Positions 26,791 to 32,000 of a stretch of 32,000 nucleotides of DNA are shown here, piece after piece. Made by a program: the position numbers and the translations under genes. This DNA is from Akkermansia muciniphila ATCC BAA-835 (lineage in GTDB: Bacteria; Verrucomicrobiota; Verrucomicrobiia; Verrucomicrobiales; Akkermansiaceae). How positions within the stretch are numbered: the first letter of the stretch is position 1; every line of letters starts with the position of its first letter. The stretch covers positions 2,040,001 through 2,072,000 of the forward strand of contig NC_010655.1 in assembly GCF_000020225.1 (NCBI RefSeq), given 5' to 3'. The notes beneath the pieces are model-generated. The model saw nothing but the letters and a program-made list of their open reading frames with translations. It was not told the DNA's origin and did not search any database.

Positions 26791-26950
26791 GGTCTGTTGC
26801 GTTCGTGACTGCCAGTATTTAGCACGATGCCACAGTTCAGGCAAAAACAATCTCCCCGGAAGCCCTTTTAAAAAAGAAAGGAAAGAAAAAGGACTTCCCC
26901 GTAACAAGGGAACGGTTTCTCCGGGAGAGACCGGGAGGAAAAATCGGAAA

Positions 26951-27385
26951 TCAGGCCAAACGGCGCTTTCTGATGGATTTTCCGGTATCGGCAAGCGTCT
27001 GGCGTGCGTCCGGATCCGCTCCGGCCATCAAGGCTGCCAGATCCCGAACGATGTTCTGGCGCATGCGAGCTACCAGATCGCGCCCTTCCTGGGTGATGGC
27101 GACCATGATTTTGCGGCGGTCTTTGGCTGCGCTCATGCGTTTCAGGTAGCCCATTTCCTGTAATTTATCCACCATGCCGGTAGCGGCCGCGGTAGAATGC
27201 CCCATTTTCTGGGCAATGCTGGACATGCTCAGAAAATCTTCGCTGGCCAGATAAGTCAGCAGGAAAAACTGGGGGTAGGAAACCTTGCCCTCATTCAATT
27301 CTGAAGAAAGGTTCAGAATGCAGGAACGTTGCGTGAACAGGATGAAATCCGCCAGCTTGTTTGCTTCTTCGGAAATGGAGCTCAT
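26951..27385 (-). CDS. MarR-family transcriptional regulator
   Basis: 144 aa. Winged-HTH pattern [11 protein letters not shown]...[50 protein letters not shown]. Confidence 0.9.
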   Translation of the reverse strand: MSSISEEANKLADFILFTQRSCILNLSSELNEGKVSYPQFFLLTYLASEDFLSMSSIAQKMGHSTAAATGMVDKLQEMGYLKRMSAAKDRRKIMVAITQEGRDLVARMRQNIVRDLAALMAGADPDARQTLADTGKSIRKRRLA

Positions 27386-27480
27386 GATCGTTGTGAATGT
27401 ATGGGAGGGTTGATAGCGATACCCGTCCGGAGACTCGCCGGCGGTTCGGCCAACCTACCGCCGCGTCCTTCTGCGGGCAA

Positions 27481-27640
27481 GTCAAAAATATAAATTTTTA
27501 TTAAAATTTTACATTTGCGGATAATAAACATTTTGATGGTATTTGAAATACAATATGTTGACTGTTAATAGAATGGATATATTCTGAATATATAATGTGA
27601 ATAACATGTTAAAAATAGATATAAACTATTGATAAACGGT
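27481..27640. promoter_or_regulatory. Extremely AT-rich block upstream of marR, the likely promoter/operator region, containing a perfect 8+1+8 palindrome ATATATTC-T-GAATATAT at 27577-27593
   Basis: Hand counts give 18% G+C for 27481-27540 and 22% for 27541-27600. The palindrome was read directly. TTGACT at 27559-27564 and TATAAT at 27591-27596 are also present, but their spacing does not make one clean sigma70 promoter. Confidence 0.5.
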
Positions 27641-28528
27641 GGTTTTTCACAAAACTTCCGGGAATCCGCAGCAAATCTGGCATAAAGAGGCGTTGCAGCA
27701 TGACAAGCCTGGATTGAAGAGGGCTCTTGTGCAGAGGCTTTTCATGGGAAATAAAGCCTTGCCGGAGGAAAATTTTATACAGCGGGAAGCAATATTTTCC
27801 TGCCCTTGAGACGGACTTGGAACTTCTGCAGTCTTGACGTGAGAGTAGAGAAAGGGGGCGTTGAAAACTTTCTTTCATGGCCTCCTTCCTGCCGCGATAG
27901 TTGCGGTTCCTTGTTTACGGCGGTATGAGTCTATGACGATTGTAAAGGCAGGAAAAACCTTTTTAAACGGTCCTGGAAGGAGGGGAAAAGAACAAACGGA
28001 AACCTGCCCCATACTGATGGAGCAAGCGCCGTTACAGACCCGGTCTGGGAATGACGCTCTGCTTTTGGGAGAGAAAAATTGCTTCTTCCCCAAAAGTCAA
28101 AGGCTGGCGGAAGTAATAGGGGAAAATGCTCAAGGAGCCGGAAAAAGACTGCCGGGGTTCTAAGAGGTTACCTGCAAAACTCCTATTATCCGGAACGGCC
28201 TATTTTGAAAATAGTCCAGCGGCAGTGAAAGGGCCGGGCGCATCAACCGCATTAATAAATGCTCCATTATAGATGACGCATCATTGGTTATCGGCACGGT
28301 GTGTAAAAGAGCAATTGCGCCGTCCATGTTCATATTCTGAAGGTCCGTTATCAAATGTTTACGACCATGGAACTTAGAGCCGTTACCATTACATTTCAAT
28401 GATATCGGTTTGCTGGGGATGCGTGGTTCATTAATTTTTTCAGCATTTATTGTTTACGAGTGGTTCTTATGTCATTCCTCGCTATTCCGCACAATGGAAA
28501 ATTTTGTGATCCGCCGGCCTGTTTCCTG

Positions 28529-28559
28529 AAAAATAAGAAAGACGGCGTTGCTTGCCGTC
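28529..28559 (-). terminator. Rho-independent terminator on the minus strand about 200 nt downstream of the ferritin stop codon
   Basis: GACGGC (28541-28546) pairs with GCCGTC (28554-28559) across a 7-nt loop. On the minus strand it is followed by TTTCTTATTTTT. Confidence 0.55.
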
Positions 28560-28760
28560 CCAGCCGCCGCCATACAGCAACTCCAGCTGCTTGCAGCATT
28601 GCAGGCAGAAAATCATGGAATAAAGCATTACTGCCGGCAACATCATTGCATGCCGTCAATCTTATGCTTGTATCCGCAAGATATTTTATTCCCCCGCCAT
28701 TCTCCGGTAAGTTTTTCTGGAACTCTTTTCCGGAGAATGGACGGAGAACAATAGCAACAA

Positions 28761-29270
28761 CTAGTTGGCGGGAGGCGGCGTAAAGGTGCGGGCTGACATA
28801 TCCTTGTCCAGAACCAGCATTCCCTGTCCTTCTCCCTTAATCATGCGTAATTTGCTGATGATGTCCTTGACGGTTTCTTCCTCTTCCACCTGTTCGGTGA
28901 CAAACCATTGCAGGAAAATATCCGTGGCGAAATCCCGTTCTTCCTTGGCAAGATGCACCAGTTCGTTGATTCGGCGAGTGACTTCCTGTTCGTGGGACAG
29001 CGTTTCTTCAAAAATTTCAAGAATATTGGACCAGTTTGCATCCGGAGCGTCTATGGAAAGCATTGTAACCTGGCCTCCGCGGGAAAGAAGGAAATCATAA
29101 AATTTCAGCGCATGAGCGGTTTCTTCCTGATATTGAATGCGCATCCAGTGGGAAAAACCTGTCAGACCGGCATCTTGCAGATAGGCGGACATGGCCAGGT
29201 AAAGGTTGGCTGAATACATTTCCCATTTGATTTGCTCATTAAGAGCAGTTGCCATTGTTGTACTGATCAT
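28761..29270 (-). CDS. ftnA: Non-haem ferritin
   Basis: 169 aa. Ferroxidase-centre pattern LNEQIKWEMYSANLYLAMSAY...QEETAHALKFYDFL...ETLSHEQEVTRRINELV...LQWFVTEQVEEE. An alternative ATG lies at 29255. Confidence 0.92.
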   Translation of the reverse strand: MISTTMATALNEQIKWEMYSANLYLAMSAYLQDAGLTGFSHWMRIQYQEETAHALKFYDFLLSRGGQVTMLSIDAPDANWSNILEIFEETLSHEQEVTRRINELVHLAKEERDFATDIFLQWFVTEQVEEEETVKDIISKLRMIKGEGQGMLVLDKDMSARTFTPPPAN

Positions 29271-29302
29271 ATTGTAAAATCCTGTTGATTTTCCCCACTT
29301 CT

Positions 29303-29342
29303 ACAAAACAAAGTCCGCAGGATCAAGATAATCCTGCGGACT
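29303..29342 (-). terminator. Rho-independent terminator of the 547-aa gene, just upstream of ferritin
   Basis: 12-bp stem AGTCCGCAGGAT (29312-29323) / ATCCTGCGGACT (29331-29342). On the minus strand it is followed by TTGTTTTGT. Confidence 0.8.
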
Positions 29343-29372
29343 GTATGACGGGAAGGGGGGGAAGGGAAGGCG

Positions 29373-31016
29373 TCAGGCTTTTGCGGAAACCTCCTCCGGA
29401 ATATTATTTTCAGGGAGTTCTTCCGCCGGAACGGAGGGGAATTCTTCAGTTTCCGTAACCACGCTGTTTTCTTCAGATGCTTCCTCCCGGGCGGGCGCCG
29501 CCTCGGAAGAAGAGGCTGCCTTCTGTTTTTCTGGTGTAGCGGAGTCCGTTGCCGGCGCGTCCTGGCCCTTCTCTTCCGGTTTCCGTTTTTCCTTGGGAGC
29601 CTTCTTGGGAGAAGGAGCTTGGGCGGAGACGGTTCTTGGGCGGCTGACAGTGTTATTGGAGAAAACCAGGATATAGCCCTGTTCGGACAGCCAGAGCAGA
29701 TCACGGACCAAATTCTGCTGTTTTTCCATGGCCTGGGCTACTTCTTCTTCCGAGGCCTTTTCCTGTTCCGGGATTGGGGCCAGCTCTTTAAGCATGGCAT
29801 CGACGCCTTTGCCGGGATTATTGGCCGCCCAGGTGGCAATGGACATCAGGGAATCTGATAAGACGGTGCCTTCTTCCATGGCCTTGGGGCGTGCCGGGCC
29901 GGTGTAATGGTTGCCTTTCCACTTGAAAATAGGCATATGATGCCGGGCTAACCCGTGGCAAAGGTTGGGAATCAGCATGCTGGGATGGCGGCGGGTGGTG
30001 CCGGATAATTGGATCAGGTGCGCCCACAGACCGGGAGAGAGGTGATTCTTTTTCACGGCTCCGTTGACGAACACCTTGTCCGTAACGTCATAGCACTCGT
30101 CAAAGTGGTTGGATTCGAAATCCTGTTCTACCGCGGCGGGAGATTCCAGAAGCACTTCGGAGGCTCCTTCCCGAACGGGCTTCCAGGCGGTGCGTTTGGA
30201 AACGGCTTCCTGCCATGCCTGGACAGCTTCTTCGCTCTTGTCCGTCACAATCTTGGAACGGAAAGCCTCAAAAGTCATGTTGGCAAATTTGGTGCGATGC
30301 AGGTTCATCAGGGCGGACTGGTAGCCGTGCCAATTAACGGGACCTATCAGCTCGTTGTTTAAGGAACATTTGGCAATGGCTTTGAAATCTCCTTTTGGAG
30401 CTTCCACTTCCTGTTCTACGGATTCGTAATATTTGGGCATCCAGGTGGACTGCCAGAGGTGTTTGACGGCCTCCTGTCGGGAAATAAAGCAGGCGCCGTC
30501 GCCATGCTTGCAATGGTACAGATCCGGGCCGTTTTCCTGCTTCATGAATACCAGGTCATAACGGTCGTAGGAACCCATGACCACCTTGGCAAGGTCCAGC
30601 AGGGAAATGGTGCGGCGGTGTTTCTGTACTTCCTGGTGCAGGGCAGCCAGGCCGGAATCCACGGGGCGCAGCTCCACGCGCAGGCCTTCCGTCGGTTCCT
30701 CCATGGTGGAGCGGGGAGTTTGATCGCGGCGGTTGCGGAGGGAGCCGCGCGTGCGGTCTTCCCGGTTAAACCTTCTTTCGCCGCTTTGACCGTCAACACG
30801 ACGTTCCCCCCGGGGCTGGCGGCCTTCACGGTTGTCGCGCCGCGGTCGGCGGTCGCCTCCCTGCCTGTCTCCGGACCTGCGTTCCGGGTAGGATACAGGC
30901 CGTTCCTGACGGGCTCCCGGTCTCGCCCAGGCCGGACCAAATTGAAAGTCGGCCAAGCCGGAAAGGTCCGGAATCTGCTGCTTGGGGTCTGTGGAAGGAG
31001 TTTCGTCGGTCATCAT
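29373..31016 (-). CDS. Conserved-looking protein of unknown function: Arg/Gly/Asp-rich disordered N-terminus, about 330-aa globular core, Lys/Glu/Ser/Pro-rich acidic C-terminus
   Basis: 547-aa ORF with protein-like composition in the core (WMPKYYESVEQEV, NWHGYQSALMNLHRTKFANMTF, LCHGLARHHMPIFKWKGNHYTGP). It has its own strong terminator. I recognise no family. Confidence 0.75.
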   Translation of the reverse strand: MMTDETPSTDPKQQIPDLSGLADFQFGPAWARPGARQERPVSYPERRSGDRQGGDRRPRRDNREGRQPRGERRVDGQSGERRFNREDRTRGSLRNRRDQTPRSTMEEPTEGLRVELRPVDSGLAALHQEVQKHRRTISLLDLAKVVMGSYDRYDLVFMKQENGPDLYHCKHGDGACFISRQEAVKHLWQSTWMPKYYESVEQEVEAPKGDFKAIAKCSLNNELIGPVNWHGYQSALMNLHRTKFANMTFEAFRSKIVTDKSEEAVQAWQEAVSKRTAWKPVREGASEVLLESPAAVEQDFESNHFDECYDVTDKVFVNGAVKKNHLSPGLWAHLIQLSGTTRRHPSMLIPNLCHGLARHHMPIFKWKGNHYTGPARPKAMEEGTVLSDSLMSIATWAANNPGKGVDAMLKELAPIPEQEKASEEEVAQAMEKQQNLVRDLLWLSEQGYILVFSNNTVSRPRTVSAQAPSPKKAPKEKRKPEEKGQDAPATDSATPEKQKAASSSEAAPAREEASEENSVVTETEEFPSVPAEELPENNIPEEVSAKA

Positions 31017-31160
31017 GTACGGGTTGTTTCAATAGCAACTAAATGAGGTGGATGGCAATCATTTTACGTGCAAACAGACCGAAAATTGTTCAAAATGTCA
31101 TGAAAGGCATCTGGAAATGCAACTATTTCCGGTGTATCCTTTCAACTCAACTTCTGTCAA

Positions 31161-31631
31161 ATGCTCTATATGGATAAAATACGTCAACGACTTTCCGACC
31201 TTGGTTACGCCATTTACGATGCTCCCGCTCCCGTAGGCTCCTATGTGCAATGCGTACGCACGGGCAACCTGCTTCACCTCTCCGGCGGCATTTCCGTGAA
31301 CGGGGACGACAAATACTTTGGCAAAGTAGGGCAGGAGCTGACGGTGGAAGAAGGTCAGGCCGCTGCGCGCGCCGCTATTTTGAATCGTCTGGCCGTTATT
31401 GTGCAGGTGGTGGGGTCTCTGGAAAAAGTATCCCGAATCGTGGCCGTGAACGGATTTGTGAATGCCGGCCCGGATTTTTATGACCATCCTAAAGTATTGA
31501 ATGGCGCATCCGACCTGCTGGTGGAAGCCTTTGGAGAAATTGGCCGCCACAGCCGTACGGCGGTAGGCGTATCCGCCCTGCCGCTCAATGTAGCGGTGGA
31601 AATCAGCATGGTGGTGGAAGTTCGTGATTAA
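31161..31631 (+). CDS. RidA/YjgF/YER057c/UK114-family protein (reactive-intermediate deaminase family)
   Basis: 156 aa. Family pattern APVGSYVQCVRTGNLLHLSG...GKVG.ELTVEEGQAAARAAILN...VNGFVNA...GRHSRTAVGVSALPLNVAVEI. An alternative ATG lies at 31170. Confidence 0.85.
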   Translation: MLYMDKIRQRLSDLGYAIYDAPAPVGSYVQCVRTGNLLHLSGGISVNGDDKYFGKVGQELTVEEGQAAARAAILNRLAVIVQVVGSLEKVSRIVAVNGFVNAGPDFYDHPKVLNGASDLLVEAFGEIGRHSRTAVGVSALPLNVAVEISMVVEVRD

Positions 31632-31700
31632 TATTTAAAAACCGGAAGGGATTCGTGCTTGAATCCCGGCGGCATTCCTGTAGAGTGCCGTCCGGTCAAT

Positions 31701-31783
31701 GCCCCCGTGGCGGAATGGTAGACGCTGCAGACTTAAAATCTGTTGTCCGCAAGGACGTACCGGTTCGAGTCCGGTCGGGGGTA
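31701..31783 (+). tRNA. tRNA-Leu, anticodon TAA (UAA), class II with long variable arm; CCA not encoded
   Basis: Manual fold: acceptor GCCCCCG/CGGGGGT (G1-U72 wobble); D arm GCG-GAATGGTAGA-CGC; anticodon stem GCAGA/TCTGT with loop CTTAAAA (TAA at 31734-31736); variable arm GTCC-GCAA-GGAC; T arm ACCGG-TTCGAGT-CCGGT; discriminator A. Confidence 0.93.
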
Positions 31784-31814
31784 CTTTATCGAGATTAAAT
31801 CTTGTAAATAAAAA

Positions 31815-31842
31815 GCCCGCTGTTTGCGGGCCTTTTTGTTTT
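31815..31842 (+). terminator. Rho-independent (potentially bidirectional) terminator after tRNA-Leu
   Basis: GCCCGC (31815-31820) pairs with GCGGGC (31826-31831). It is preceded by AAAAA and followed by CTTTTTGTTTT. Confidence 0.8.
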
Positions 31843-32000
31843 GCTTCAATATCATTTGCTGGCTGATTCTCCATCAATAATTTTTGTTTTCCCGGATGAG
31901 TAAAACAAGGATGGTGGTGTTTCGTGGCTATTCTTGTCATGAAATGCAGAAAGCAGAGAGAAGAATGTTGAGTGGAAACAGTTCTGAAAAAAGAGTTTGT

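Noticed and set aside
26850-26900. Weak hairpin (TTCCC/GGGAA) plus a long T/C tract on the minus strand between marR and trpB, as a marR terminator or trp attenuator
   Set aside because: The stem is only 5 bp, and no leader peptide with Trp codons was found. That is too weak to call. It is mentioned only within the MarR-trpB finding.
27609-28783. Small ORFs in the marR-ferritin gap (27609-27878 -, 27861-28163 + with a TTG start, 27875-28093 -, 28160-28399 -, 28447-28659 -, 28460-28783 +, 28548-28754 +)
   Set aside because: They overlap one another and none has a recognisable family. 28447-28659 contains a terminator hairpin on its own strand, and 28460-28783 runs into the ferritin 3' end. 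They are not reported as genes. The region as a whole is reported as a finding.
29312-29342. GATCAAGATAATCC in the loop of the hairpin upstream of ferritin, as a possible Fur box
   Set aside because: Only a single GATAAT-like hexamer is present, with no 19-bp dyad. The sequence is fully explained as the loop of the upstream gene's terminator.
1182-31046. Many long antisense or alternate-frame ORFs (e.g. 1182-1799 +, 1983-3047 +, 5042-6028 -, 6304-7284 -, 8220-9029 -, 9114-10421 -, 13609-14415 -, 15617-16309 +, 17540-18403 +, 18419-19381 +, 19482-20195 -, 20640-21620 +, 23069-23917 +, 23310-24161 +, 24590-25492 +, 25582-26772 +, 30459-31046 +)
   Set aside because: Each lies fully inside a confidently assigned gene on the other strand or in another frame. 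Stop-codon-poor antisense frames are expected at this G+C level. None shows a recognisable motif, signal peptide or independent start context.
31635-31940. 101-aa minus-strand ORF
   Set aside because: It reads straight through the tRNA-Leu gene and its terminator, so it is an artefact.
1-32000. Scan by eye for CRISPR arrays, rRNA, tmRNA, RNase P RNA, SRP RNA, transposases or integrases, and long direct repeats
   Set aside because: No regularly spaced repeats, no conserved rnpB/ssrA/ffs signature strings and no mobile-element genes were recognised. This was by eye only, so a short or degenerate element could have been missed.

Overview
The window reads as a gene-dense bacterial chromosome segment, on impression roughly 55-60% G+C (no window-wide count was made). 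Gene content and order match what I recall for Akkermansia muciniphila (Verrucomicrobiota) around the GH35 beta-galactosidase and cytochrome bd loci. That attribution is from memory and needs a BLAST check.

Left to right:
- Corrinoid salvage genes on the minus strand: cbiB (truncated at the window edge) and a fused cobD-cobQ.
- A divergent plus-strand cobalamin riboswitch, followed by a TonB-dependent receptor and an orphan family-5 solute-binding protein.
- A secreted GH35 beta-galactosidase with a discoidin-like tail.
- A small outer-membrane beta-barrel protein.
- An MtaD-like amidohydrolase.
- lpdA.
- A lower-GC HEPN/MNT toxin-antitoxin pair.
- A minus-strand cydA-cydB-sucA-sucB string.
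- A minus-strand kinase / CHASE2-like membrane protein / LMW-PTP / L,D-transpeptidase cluster.
- Stand-alone trpB behind a MarR regulator.
- A very AT-rich promoter block followed by about 1.1 kb of lower-GC DNA with no convincing gene.
- Ferritin.
- A 547-aa protein of unknown function with charged disordered tails.
- A RidA-family protein.
- tRNA-Leu(UAA).

No CRISPR array, rRNA, transposase or integrase was seen.

The most interesting items are:
- the tightly coupled kinase / CHASE2-like / phosphatase / transpeptidase module;
- the riboswitch-TBDT-orphan SBP arrangement;
- the 14-bp inverted repeat and ATGA-coupled upstream ORF in the cobDQ leader;
- the reversed-order HEPN-MNT pair between lpdA and sucB;
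- the gene-less lower-GC stretch between marR and ferritin;
- an apparently circularly permuted discoidin domain on the GH35 enzyme.

All functional calls rest on motif recognition by eye. Nothing was searched against a database.
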